From NCBI GenBank assembly GCA_011364965.1, contig RDOB01000002.1:192001-256000 (forward strand): 64,000 bases of DNA, written 5' to 3'. Positions within the stretch are counted from its first letter, which is position 1. The number at the start of each line of letters is the position of its first letter. The notes beneath the pieces were generated by a model. The model saw nothing but the letters and a program-made list of their open reading frames with translations, had not been told where the DNA came from and did not search any database. The DNA is from Candidatus Heimdallarchaeota archaeon. GTDB taxonomy: Archaea > Asgardarchaeota > Heimdallarchaeia > Hodarchaeales > Hodarchaeaceae. The translations under genes and the position numbers were made by a program. This document shows, one piece after another, positions 27,729 through 38,073 of the stretch.

Positions 27729-28640
27729 TCATGAGAGATTTATGTACTCTATTGAATCCCCCTTTCGGGAAATTTTTTGTAATTCTTTTAATAGTCGATC
27801 AGGAATATCAGATTGATCTGGAGTGCATGCAGCTGCCATCTTATGCCCTCCTCCTCCAAAGATTTGAGCTACAGACGCAACATCATATCTATCTGCATCT
27901 TGAACAGATTTACTTACTCGGAAACTCACTCTTACAGGTTCGTCAATGGATTTTGAATAAATAACTGCAACTACAAGGACTCCTCTTTCAAAAACAGGTT
28001 TGATAACTTCCTTGGCAAGTTTACTCGGGATGAAATTACGGGTATCTAGAATTAAAATTTGAGGTAACTGAGTCTGATTTCTTAAAAATGAATGAATTTT
28101 TGCCAATGTATCTGAAAATATTGAATTAGATTCCTTTGATTTTCTAATTAACCAATCAGATTCTAGAATATCTCGTCCCTCCTTAGCCAGAATTTCACTT
28201 AACTCTCTGAGAAATTCTTTATTATCACTATTTAGGTTAAGTACAATATCTAACTGCTTGTAATACTCAGGTAGATTGGCAGTATCAGCTAAATGGCCTA
28301 ATTCTTTAATTTCAGACGCGATAGTATCTTCTTGATCTGAGAATCCTAGTACATTATAAACTAGATCAGTTGCAGATGGAGCTGATGGATCAATAACATC
28401 CTTGGCTGATAAACGTCCAGTTATTATCAAATCCTCGTAGTTTGATTTGTGATGATCAATATTAATGGAATTATTTACTTTAGGGAGATCACAGGTATAA
28501 TCAGCGTCGAAATTTTCCTCTGATATCCTTCTTGCTTCATTAACTGTTGCAAAAATGATTTTAATTTGGGATCCATATTTTCTAATGAACAAAGCAGCGC
28601 AACATATTCCATCAAGGTCTGTATGCGTCACAATATTCAT
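27729..28640 (-). CDS. DHH/DHHA1 family phosphoesterase
   Basis: HTDLDG, CDLP, IDHH, SFR, FGGGGH-x-x-AA; ATG 28640 overlaps the upstream TGA (ATGA). Confidence 0.9.
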   Translation of the reverse strand: MNIVTHTDLDGICCAALFIRKYGSQIKIIFATVNEARRISEENFDADYTCDLPKVNNSINIDHHKSNYEDLIITGRLSAKDVIDPSAPSATDLVYNVLGFSDQEDTIASEIKELGHLADTANLPEYYKQLDIVLNLNSDNKEFLRELSEILAKEGRDILESDWLIRKSKESNSIFSDTLAKIHSFLRNQTQLPQILILDTRNFIPSKLAKEVIKPVFERGVLVVAVIYSKSIDEPVRVSFRVSKSVQDADRYDVASVAQIFGGGGHKMAAACTPDQSDIPDRLLKELQKISRKGDSIEYINLS

Positions 28641-31366
28641 AGTTCTCTCCCACATTGGAAACAATATTTCGATTCGTCAGAATATCTCTTTGAGTTGCAT
28701 CTAGGGCACATTTGAAGAGTTTCTAACCCCGCATGTTTTGGGATCCGCTGTTGCTTTTGCTTATGAAATTCTCGTGCAAGTTTTTGTTCAATTGGCGAAA
28801 CAGGTTGCTTCTGGCGTGACATTATTAGATAATAAGTAACCCCTAGTAAGACAATTCCTCCCAACATTATCAAAAGAAAGTAATCTGGAGTAGCGGGGTT
28901 ATAAACCTCAATAATATATAAACCATTTGTTGGAGCATAGTTTTCTAAGGTAATACTTAACCAAAGAAGTGCTTTTCCATATATTACAGGAACCCATGAA
29001 CCAAAATATATATTATTAACATGTTTGAGAGTTGTTTGGGTGTAAGAATAGTTAGCTTCAATTATAGTACTCATTATGACATCTGAATGAAATGAGGCTT
29101 CTTTTACCTGAATTTGTATCCCTGTACTCATTCCCATGGTTGGTTCAGCTGTTAATAGAACTTCCAAAGGAACCTGTTGGTCACGAATTAACCAATTGAA
29201 TATTGATGTAACTACCATTAAATTGTCAATAATATCTGTTTTGGATAGAATAGCTGCATCACTAAATGGAATCATACCACCGAAGACAATAACTTTACCT
29301 TTTGAATCTGAATCCTCCCAATATGCTCCAATAACATGTTCGGTGTTTGAGGATGATGAAGTGTCAATGGCATTAGCAAGAGGATGAGTATTTGCATTTC
29401 CACTCAATTTAAGAGATGTTCCAACATAATTAAATTTCATTCCCTCGTTATTAAGCATATCAACCGATTCTACTATTCTTGCTTCAGAAAATCGGGTTAA
29501 ATTAGAAAAATCATTTTCAATCTCTACCCCGTAAAGCGAGAGAAGCCTGTTTATACTTGATTGATTTGATAAAGTCTCCCATCCTCCAATAAGTCGTGAA
29601 GGGTAAGATAAAACTATAAGGGAGTGTCCTTTTGCAATCCAATTTTGAATAACACTGATATCCCTATCTGACATTCCAAATTCAATATCAGCTAGTACCA
29701 AAATATGTTTACCTTTAAGGTCGTCTTCCAAAATACTTTTTGTTCCACTAGCAGTGTGAATCAAAGATCCAGTTGGATTCAATTCACTATTTTCTCGGAT
29801 GATACCTAAAGTTTCCATACCATAATTATTTTCTAGAATTTTCGAAAGTTGACTGAATTCTCCTGTTGGTCCAGATGGGATAAACGTATCATTATCATAT
29901 CCTTGGTAAAATACAATATTTCCCCCTGGATATCTATTAGCAATAGAGATAGAAAGATTAGTGGTCAGGTTATTTGTAAAATTCAAAATAAAACTTCCTT
30001 CTCTAAGATTCATTGTTAAATTGTCAGGGATATGAATTGATAAACTAAAGTTAGACCATCCCTGAGGGATTGTAAGATTGGTCGAAATTCCAAATATATA
30101 TGGTAATTCATCAGAAATATTGGAAACGGGGTATGATTGAAAGGAAGTATAGTTAAATAAAACTGTATCGGAAGTAGAATAAATTCTAATCGTGTAATTT
30201 CGTACAATTCCGTTAATTGAATGGCCAAAAAAGGTAAATAATGATGAGATTTTTCGTGGAGCTAAAGATATCAAATCTTTTTCTTGTTTCATCACTGAAA
30301 TTAATTGATTATAAGCTTGAGTTATATCTAACAATCCATTTCCTTGGAAAGAGGGCGATGTGTGATTCAGAAATTTCGCAGAATTCATAAGAATTGCTTT
30401 TAGGAGTGATGGAGGGGTGTTTGAAAATTCCTCCAAGAGTAACGCAATTGCCCCTGTGACAAATGGAGCTGCAAAAGATGTACCAGTATTACTTGCAACC
30501 TGAGAATTATGATCATAACCAATTATATTAACACCTGGGGCGATTAAATCTGGGCCAAGAATGCCAGATGGCCGAGGGCCACTTGAAGATGTCGTGGCGA
30601 CATGGGTTGAGTTATAAGCCATGCCTACAGAAATAACTTCAGTATAAATCCCAGGAGTCGTGAGGCTAGTGCCAAAAGGGCCAGAATTGCCAGCAGAAGT
30701 AATTAGAGTAATATTTCTTTCACTAATCTCGTTCAAAATCGATATTGGAAGGGTAGCGATTGAAGAACCAAGTGAAACCTGTATTATCGAAACATTAAGG
30801 TCGAGAGCGAGATTTAAACCATCGATAAACCAGTCTATATTAGAAAATCCTTCTTGATTGGCTATTTTAATGCTATAAATCGTAGCATTTGGCGCAATTT
30901 TAGAGATGATTCCTGCAACAAATGTCCCATGCCCATTATCATCATCAGTAAGGTTTGAGTAAGGAATTGTGGTAAATTTTCCTGCTAAACTTGAAATCCA
31001 AGGATTCAAACTAATACCTGTATCCAAAACTGCAATAGAAACATTTTCACCAGTGAAATTTGATGGTAATGGATTTGTGCGCGAATATATTTCATTGAAA
31101 ATCATTTCTATATCTTCTGTATTAGATTGTCTTATGGAAGGACCATTAGACAACTCATTTAGGAATATAACCCTCTCTGCTATAACTTGCCTGTCAAAAG
31201 AGTATATACTGTCATCACTTCCTGATTTGATGGCAATAACCTGACTTGAGTAGTTAATATTACTTAAAAATGATAGAATCATCACTATCAATATAATTGA
31301 CGCTTTTTTCATTATTAATTTCCAAAAGGGCATGTCGATGGTTTCCATTTCGTTCCTAGTTCTCAA
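28637..31366 (-). CDS. Membrane-anchored S8 subtilase (site-1 protease-like) with C-terminal zinc ribbon
   Basis: DTG, HGTFVAG, GNSGP, TGTSFAAP, GIFT-like domain, TM helix, then CPRC...CFQC. Real start is probably the ATG at 31333 or 31312. Confidence 0.88.
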   Translation of the reverse strand: MRTRNEMETIDMPFWKLIMKKASIILIVMILSFLSNINYSSQVIAIKSGSDDSIYSFDRQVIAERVIFLNELSNGPSIRQSNTEDIEMIFNEIYSRTNPLPSNFTGENVSIAVLDTGISLNPWISSLAGKFTTIPYSNLTDDDNGHGTFVAGIISKIAPNATIYSIKIANQEGFSNIDWFIDGLNLALDLNVSIIQVSLGSSIATLPISILNEISERNITLITSAGNSGPFGTSLTTPGIYTEVISVGMAYNSTHVATTSSSGPRPSGILGPDLIAPGVNIIGYDHNSQVASNTGTSFAAPFVTGAIALLLEEFSNTPPSLLKAILMNSAKFLNHTSPSFQGNGLLDITQAYNQLISVMKQEKDLISLAPRKISSLFTFFGHSINGIVRNYTIRIYSTSDTVLFNYTSFQSYPVSNISDELPYIFGISTNLTIPQGWSNFSLSIHIPDNLTMNLREGSFILNFTNNLTTNLSISIANRYPGGNIVFYQGYDNDTFIPSGPTGEFSQLSKILENNYGMETLGIIRENSELNPTGSLIHTASGTKSILEDDLKGKHILVLADIEFGMSDRDISVIQNWIAKGHSLIVLSYPSRLIGGWETLSNQSSINRLLSLYGVEIENDFSNLTRFSEARIVESVDMLNNEGMKFNYVGTSLKLSGNANTHPLANAIDTSSSSNTEHVIGAYWEDSDSKGKVIVFGGMIPFSDAAILSKTDIIDNLMVVTSIFNWLIRDQQVPLEVLLTAEPTMGMSTGIQIQVKEASFHSDVIMSTIIEANYSYTQTTLKHVNNIYFGSWVPVIYGKALLWLSITLENYAPTNGLYIIEVYNPATPDYFLLIMLGGIVLLGVTYYLIMSRQKQPVSPIEQKLAREFHKQKQQRIPKHAGLETLQMCPRCNSKRYSDESKYCFQCGREL

Positions 31367-32161
31367 TTACGTGAGAATTGAAAAAATCTCATTAATAGAT
31401 TCTATTTCAACTGAAGGTATTATTTTTTCTTTTAGATGATGGTCTGATATACCGGTTTGTACTAAAATTGTATCCATACCAGCATTGATTCCAGCAGCAA
31501 TATCCGTGGAAAGTCTATCCCCAATAAACACTGCTTCACTATAATTTGTACAATTCATTTCTACACAAATGAGATCTATAAGATATCGATCAGGTTTTCC
31601 TAGAATTCGATCAGGTTCCTTTCCACAAGCTGTCGACAAAGCTGCAATTCCTGCGCCTGCTCCAGGAACGAGAAAATCCTCAATCGGATAACTATTATCT
31701 GGATTTGTGCCTAAAAAGAGTCCGTTATCATATAAAATAATTCTCATTGCATCCGCAAGTTTTCTCCATGTTAATTGCCTATCCCAGCCAATAACAACCG
31801 AATCTAAATTCATTTCGTATATATCAGTTGTATAAATTGATTGTATTTGCAATTCTTCAACTAAACCCTTCTCTCCTATAACAAATGATCGCTTATGATC
31901 ATGTTCTTTCAAATATATTGCTGCTCCATATGCTGAATTTACTATAAAATAATGCTCTGGGTCAAAATCCAAGGAGGTAAATTTTCTTCTGAAGCCCTCT
32001 CGTGATAAGCTAGAATTGTTTGTTACAAATCCGAGTTTAAATCCAATGTTTTGCAACTCTTGAAGGGTTTTTTGAGCTCCGTAGATAACCTGTTTCCCTC
32101 TCCACACTACACCATCGCAATCAAGTAATAAGAATCGCTTGTTCTCCAATTTTTTACTCAA
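31367..32161 (-). CDS. HAD-IIA family phosphatase (NagD-like)
   Basis: DCDGV, VTNNS, TNPD, PGAG, GKP, IGDRLSTDI. Confidence 0.92.
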   Translation of the reverse strand: MSKKLENKRFLLLDCDGVVWRGKQVIYGAQKTLQELQNIGFKLGFVTNNSSLSREGFRRKFTSLDFDPEHYFIVNSAYGAAIYLKEHDHKRSFVIGEKGLVEELQIQSIYTTDIYEMNLDSVVIGWDRQLTWRKLADAMRIILYDNGLFLGTNPDNSYPIEDFLVPGAGAGIAALSTACGKEPDRILGKPDRYLIDLICVEMNCTNYSEAVFIGDRLSTDIAAGINAGMDTILVQTGISDHHLKEKIIPSVEIESINEIFSILT

Positions 32162-32280
32162 TGTTCGTCGAATGGACAGATCATACTGAATTTCTATTCT
32201 TTGTGGTTTATGGTTTCGTAAAGAATATCTTATCGATTTGATTTATCTTTGTATAAAAGAAATAAAATGGTTATCATAAG

Positions 32281-33291
32281 TCATCGTTCAATAATTTCGG
32301 AATCTGAAGGTCCCGTTCCAATGTATGTAAACCTCATTCCGAGTTTAGATTCCTTTTCCTCAATCCATTGTTTAGCTTCATTACTAAGAGCTGAATAGTC
32401 AGTAGTTCCTCTATCTTCAGGAAAAAGTATATCTAATTTTGTTAAAGCAATTTTAGTGGCATAATTCAACATAATACTTCTTTTTGCCAAATTATAATTA
32501 AAGGGAGCTGCTCTTCGAAGCCTTCCTGTCACTGTACCATATTCCTCCCATCCTCTTCTCTGAGTTTCTGTCTCTGTTAACTCCCCTTCCATTTTATCCG
32601 CTTTTGGAGAACCAACACGAGTAACATACGCTTTGAAGACAACAATGACATCAGAAACTGCTGTTGGTCCAATTCCAACATCAGAGCATATTGCAGCAGC
32701 AGTAACATCTTTACTTGTTACATGGGGGTATGTACCATGCCATAAAGAAAGATGGGTTGCTTGAGTTCCTTCTAGGAGCACTTCTTTCCCTTTTTCAATA
32801 TAATCGTTGATAATAAGTGGGACATCTATCAAATATTCGCTCAGTTCAGGAATATCTTTCGCTAAACGTAGGGATCTTCGTACACGATCTTCATTTGCTG
32901 GCCCTGTGCCTGATCCTGATGTTCCAACAATCCCAGTAAGATGAACATCAGTTTTATCCTGATTGATATGTTTTTCAGTAATAATACCACATTTAGGATC
33001 GCAAAATAATTTTCCTTTTACTTTTGTAACACTTAATTCTTTCAAGAATATTTCGGGATTAACTAAGACTCCTGGTCCAATTAATAATTTCTCAACGTGT
33101 TTTCCTGCGAAACCACTGGGAACCATTCGTAATTGATATTTTGTGCCTCTAATAACTACTGTATGGCCTGCATTTGGGCCAACCCCGCCTCTAGCAACAA
33201 TAGAAATATTTTTAGAATTTACTATATGACTAACTATTTTTCCTTTTCCCTCATCTCCAAAAAACCCACCTACCACAACTGAAACAACCAT
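32281..33291 (-). CDS. purA: Adenylosuccinate synthetase, short archaeal type
   Basis: GGFFGDEGKGK, GPNAGHT, EGTQ, GTYPHVTS, EYGTVTGRLRR, TKLD. Confidence 0.96.
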   Translation of the reverse strand: MVVSVVVGGFFGDEGKGKIVSHIVNSKNISIVARGGVGPNAGHTVVIRGTKYQLRMVPSGFAGKHVEKLLIGPGVLVNPEIFLKELSVTKVKGKLFCDPKCGIITEKHINQDKTDVHLTGIVGTSGSGTGPANEDRVRRSLRLAKDIPELSEYLIDVPLIINDYIEKGKEVLLEGTQATHLSLWHGTYPHVTSKDVTAAAICSDVGIGPTAVSDVIVVFKAYVTRVGSPKADKMEGELTETETQRRGWEEYGTVTGRLRRAAPFNYNLAKRSIMLNYATKIALTKLDILFPEDRGTTDYSALSNEAKQWIEEKESKLGMRFTYIGTGPSDSEIIER

Positions 33292-33441
33292 TTAATTCGC
33301 AACCTACTACAAATCGTGATTTCAAAGAATACTACATCTAAGATAACAATTTGAAATAAATTCTGAAATGAATTAAAGGTTATTTATCATCAAGTCTTCA
33401 ACATTGATTTTCATTATAGAATGGGAATTTTTCCGTCTAAA

Positions 33442-34854
33442 TCATTCAAATTGTTCAAAAAACACCTTAGATGTCAATTTCTTTCTTAAAATAGGATCTT
33501 TTTGAATGATTTTAGTATAAAACTCCTTAGCTCTCTCTGGTTGACTTAGAAGCAGCCAAGATCTTAAAACAAGTTCAAATTCTTCTATTAGTGATTTATC
33601 TTGCTCAATTAATGGAGTTAATAACGAAATAGTATTTTTATAATCTTGAAAATCGAAGGCAAGCTTAGCAGCTAGTTTTTTCGCGGGGATATGAGGTGGT
33701 TCAGAATTGGCAGCTTCATTCGCATAACTATAGGCCAATCGGAGGTTTTTGTCCGCTATAGCAAGAAGTGCTAGCTGTAATTTGCTTTCCTGAAAATTAG
33801 GATCAATTTCAAGACTTTTGTTAAAAATTTTCTTTGCTTCTTCAGCATTACCAGTTTTTAACAAGGTCATTCCCAAATAAAATAGAATTAAAGGATTCTC
33901 CCTCTCTAGATTAGTTGCATCTTCTAGGACTCGTCTTGCGCGATCTGGCCTGTCGATCTCTAGAAAAAGCTCTGTAAGTAAGAGTAAGATTTCTAATGTA
34001 GTTTTATCAAGTTTTTTTGCTTGGTACAGAGTATCAATTGCTTCTTTGGGTTTACCAAGTTTTTTTTGAACTCGTGCCATATTGACAAGAAGGCTCTGAG
34101 GTGGTTTATTCGGCCGAAACATTTCGAGAGATCTTTCATAAGCAGTGAGTGCTTCAGGATAATTGCCACCAGCATGATAAGCAACCCCGATACCATATTG
34201 AGCATGCTGAGAGTTAGGAAATTTCTTTAAAATCGCTTCATAAGTTGTTAAGGCGCTTGAATACTCCTTATTGTCCAAAAATTTTTGTCCCAATAATAAT
34301 CCTGGATCTGGTTTTTTTGCAGAATCAATCGATTCCATTAAAATCTTAATTAGCTTCTTCTCCTCATCCCTCTTACTATAAATTGATGCAATTTCAATTG
34401 GAATTTGGTGAGATTCGGGTAGCTTTTTATGCGCCACTTCTAAAATTTTTAGAGCTTTGTTCAAATCTCCTTGTTTTCGGTGAATTCTACTTAAAAGTAT
34501 CGGTAATTCTGGATCCGTCTTATCAAACTTCATGGCTTTTTCAAAACTTTGCTGGGCTTCCTTAAAAGAATCTAGTTGGCTTTCAATTAATCCTTTCTTC
34601 GTCCAAAGTTCTGCATTTTTTTTATCGATACTAGTTGCTCTTAAAAAAGCTTGTTGGGCTTCTTTTAATCTTCTGAGATTCGTCAAAGCTATACCATAAT
34701 TGGCCCAAACAATTGCATTTTGCTGAATTTCTTCATCCTCTAATGCAGCTTCAAATTTCCGTTGTGCTTTTGCCCATTTTTTTCTTCTCAAAGCAAAAAT
34801 CCCAGATCTGACGAGTTTAATTGGACTTTTGGCTTCTTTTGTTCGGGGAGTCAC
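33442..34854 (-). CDS. Tetratricopeptide repeat protein
   Basis: About 12 TPRs (e.g. WANYGIALTNL, AQYGIGVAYH, LFYLGMTLLK). GTG at 34854 after GAGGA preferred over the TTG at 35001. Confidence 0.88.
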   Translation of the reverse strand: MTPRTKEAKSPIKLVRSGIFALRRKKWAKAQRKFEAALEDEEIQQNAIVWANYGIALTNLRRLKEAQQAFLRATSIDKKNAELWTKKGLIESQLDSFKEAQQSFEKAMKFDKTDPELPILLSRIHRKQGDLNKALKILEVAHKKLPESHQIPIEIASIYSKRDEEKKLIKILMESIDSAKKPDPGLLLGQKFLDNKEYSSALTTYEAILKKFPNSQHAQYGIGVAYHAGGNYPEALTAYERSLEMFRPNKPPQSLLVNMARVQKKLGKPKEAIDTLYQAKKLDKTTLEILLLLTELFLEIDRPDRARRVLEDATNLERENPLILFYLGMTLLKTGNAEEAKKIFNKSLEIDPNFQESKLQLALLAIADKNLRLAYSYANEAANSEPPHIPAKKLAAKLAFDFQDYKNTISLLTPLIEQDKSLIEEFELVLRSWLLLSQPERAKEFYTKIIQKDPILRKKLTSKVFFEQFE

Positions 34855-35606
34855 ATTATTTCCTCTATGACTCAAATATTTTAGAGTATGAAAAATCCAT
34901 CGAAAAAAACGTTTATAGATATTTAGAGATGTAATTTGCACAATTGAGTTTCTATGGATATTTTTCTTCCAAATAAAGTGAATTTGGCATTTTAAACTCA
35001 AATCATCATTTAATTAGTTATTAAATACGAAATGAAGACGATGCACTACCAGCGTATCAGTGAGATATTTTAGGGGGATTAAATCTTTTTTTAGCTAGTA
35101 GCTGGTACTCAACTAGTTATTAAATTGGAGAATGTGAGAAAAAGGTGAAAGACTCTAAAAGCATTCAGTCGATTCCACGTTTAACTGAAAATATTTTAGA
35201 GAAAGGCGTTGAAATTGGGATTCAATCAGAAAAGCTTCATCCATTGGAACTCAAATATGGAAAAGAGCCAAAAATTGAACCTCAAGAAAGATGGAGCTGG
35301 CATTAACCCACTCCTCAAAATTTTTTTATATTTAAAGTCAATTCAGCTCTCTGTTATTTCTATTTGGAATTGTGAACTGGTGACATTAAATTTCATTGAT
35401 GATACCAGCTATTACCACAAATAAATTTAGAATCCTAAATTAATATTGCAAATCTAGGTTTAATCTTCATTGGGATAATTGGAGTTATTCTAATTGTATA
35501 TCGGGACAAGAAAGAACTGTTGGGCTGAATTTAATGGATTTTATTTAATACCATAGTTAAATATCATTAAAATTTATTTTATATTAATAAAGGAGAGTAC
35601 TGAATT

Positions 35607-36056
35607 TTGGAAATCACTTTTCGTTTAGCTACTGAATCAGATAAGGAAACTCTAATCGCGCAGTTTGATCATTATAATAATATAATATATCAAGAAAAGC
35701 GTGCAGAGTGTTATATCAATCATAATAGTACCTTATTTATGGTAATTGATGGAAAGATAGTAGGTCGTGTTCAATGGTATGTAAAGGAAGATCCAAGACT
35801 TGGTGTAGTCGAATTAGAAGAGGTTTTTATCGAAAAGAACTACCGGAATAAGGGATTTGGGTATAAAATTATTGAAAGAGCCATTTCTATAATTGAGAAT
35901 AATTTGGGACAATTAAATTCAATTTTTTTATTTATAGGGGAACAAGATTTTGCAATGCAGAAAATAATGGCAAATATGGGTTTCAAAAAAATAGCTGAGA
36001 TCGCAGATCTATTTAAAAAAGAGGAGATAGTTTTTTTTTATTTAAAATCTTTCTAA
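35607..36056 (+). CDS. GNAT family N-acetyltransferase
   Basis: YRNKGFG motif; GGAGA SD before the TTG. Confidence 0.85.
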   Translation: MEITFRLATESDKETLIAQFDHYNNIIYQEKRAECYINHNSTLFMVIDGKIVGRVQWYVKEDPRLGVVELEEVFIEKNYRNKGFGYKIIERAISIIENNLGQLNSIFLFIGEQDFAMQKIMANMGFKKIAEIADLFKKEEIVFFYLKSF

Positions 36057-36100
36057 TGGTTAAGAAAACGAGTTTTTACGACTTAAGGTAGTGTACTCGA

Positions 36101-37795
36101 TTAGATTTGCTTTTTAGCATAATCACGTCGCAAAGGAGCGTACATTGGCACATAAAGGATTGGTACCCAACCTTTTGGTGAAGGACGCCACCGCCCAATA
36201 ACTGCTTTTACTTCCTGATCTACTATAAAATTATAAATCTTGGGATTATAATTGAATGCTCTAACCATTTTTTGTTCAAATATAACCCAATAGGGGTTTT
36301 CAGGATGACCAGTCTGCTTTTTTCCACCATATAAGGTTACATTGGTAATTTTTGCCCGTTTTGAAACCTTTATTTTTTGTAATTTTGCGCCACAGATTCT
36401 TTTTGCATCGCTTTTATCTTTTTGAATTCCTCGTAAGCATTTACCTCTTAATTCTAAGAATTTATCGGGAGGAGAAAAATCTGGAAAATTATCAGAGGCC
36501 CAGCTATCTCCGAAATACACTGCTCCACATTCAGGACATCCCTCAACCTGATAGTAATCCTCTGATAACGGCTCTACTTCCAAAAGGGCCATATGTCTTG
36601 CTACCTTTTCAGGATTATCACGGAAATTAATATAATCGTCAACTGAGATTTTTTGATTATAATCGATTTGCTCTTGGACTGTTGGCACTTCATTATCGGT
36701 AACAATCGACCCGTCAACATTCATTTTAATACTTATAACATCAGAACCTGCTCCTGATCCGTAAAGAACCGTCAATATCTCCTCACCCTTGATGCTATTT
36801 TCCATTGCTGCACATAATGCAGTTGGAACCGTTGCAGAATAACCATTGGCTATTTGAGGAGCTAGGTTCGAAATTTTCACTTTAGGTTCAATACCTAACA
36901 TATTTCCATCCTTGTCGAATTTTTTCTCTGCAAGCTCGATGCTAAAGTAATCGGAAACATCTAGTAGAGCTTCATTAGGAAAAGAGCCATTAGGACTATG
37001 TATAACCCAAGTTTTGTTAGGAAGACACTCTGGAGCAATTTTATAACGCGAAAGGTGTTTCTTAACTGCAGAAAGAATCATTCCACGAAAAGCCAAACTT
37101 GTTCCTTGACCTTCATGTTCAGGGAATGGTGCACCTTCTTTGCGAATAAAATCAGAAAAATCATAATTAATAGAAGTCCTACCTTGAAGTGTGGCTATAC
37201 TATTCCCACCATCTTCTCCAAGGATCATAGTAGTTGAATAAAATGAAGCAGAAAACTCAAGATCATCCCCAGGCGCTCCTTGAGAAGCATCAGTAGCCGT
37301 AATAGCTACATACCGACATCTATTAGAATCGATTAATGCAGCACCAATTTCTAGGAATTCTCCGAACGGTTTACAGGCAAATTCGCCCCGCACTCCGAAC
37401 TTAAGGTTTGTAACACCTGTTTTCCCAGCAATAGCAGTGCTTGATTTTACTGCATAGGGATATGACTCTGATACAACGAACAAAGCATCGATTTGGTGTG
37501 GTTCAATACCAGCTCGTTTAATGGCATAATTAAAAGATTGAATTCCAGCAGTTAATGCGTCCTCGTTGGGACCTGGAACAATTTTTTCATTTAACATTAA
37601 GCGCTGATTATAAATCCAACGAATAGAACTTAAAGCTTTGCCACGAAAACGATTCACGGTACGTTTCATCATACTTAATGCAATTTTATAGTTTAATTGC
37701 GACATTGCATGATAATGATCAACCAACTCTTCTATTACTAATCTATTCACTGGAATGAACGATGCGATTGATTTTATTTCAGCTAAAGTCATCAC
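36101..37795 (-). CDS. Archaeal-type HMG-CoA synthase-like protein fused to a C-terminal DUF35-like Zn-ribbon/OB domain
   Basis: ESYPYAVK, EFACK, DASQGAPGDDLE, HSPNG, YGSGAGSD; C-terminal CPECGAVYF...C...C followed by OB-like strands. Confidence 0.85.
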   Translation of the reverse strand: MMTLAEIKSIASFIPVNRLVIEELVDHYHAMSQLNYKIALSMMKRTVNRFRGKALSSIRWIYNQRLMLNEKIVPGPNEDALTAGIQSFNYAIKRAGIEPHQIDALFVVSESYPYAVKSSTAIAGKTGVTNLKFGVRGEFACKPFGEFLEIGAALIDSNRCRYVAITATDASQGAPGDDLEFSASFYSTTMILGEDGGNSIATLQGRTSINYDFSDFIRKEGAPFPEHEGQGTSLAFRGMILSAVKKHLSRYKIAPECLPNKTWVIHSPNGSFPNEALLDVSDYFSIELAEKKFDKDGNMLGIEPKVKISNLAPQIANGYSATVPTALCAAMENSIKGEEILTVLYGSGAGSDVISIKMNVDGSIVTDNEVPTVQEQIDYNQKISVDDYINFRDNPEKVARHMALLEVEPLSEDYYQVEGCPECGAVYFGDSWASDNFPDFSPPDKFLELRGKCLRGIQKDKSDAKRICGAKLQKIKVSKRAKITNVTLYGGKKQTGHPENPYWVIFEQKMVRAFNYNPKIYNFIVDQEVKAVIGRWRPSPKGWVPILYVPMYAPLRRDYAKKQI

Positions 37796-38073
37796 ACACC
37801 AAGGAAATTATGCATTCCTAAGAATTCTTTTATAAGAGGGAATATTGCAGTGATTATCTCCAATACTTGTAAATGATAAGAAAAGAGTTAGAGTATAAAA
37901 GACTACTAGAGTATATTCTTTATATAAAATTAATAGGAAGACTTCAATGTTAGATTTTATATCCTGATTTTGAGCGTTTGCTGATTAGTTCTCGAGTAAC
38001 TCTTTTATTAAGTGGGAATAAAAATAACTAGAAGAATTTTATAATGAATTAAAGAGTTGACGATGACTGACCT

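Noticed and set aside
35030-35110. Possible ncRNA (C-box-like ATGAAGA; TACCAGC/GCTGGTA complement)
   Set aside because: Only a 7-bp complement and no properly placed CTGA D box; compatible with chance
35209-35424. 71-aa ORF in the track
   Set aside because: No motif or SD; an overlapping frame (35145..35306) looks more protein-like, and neither is secure
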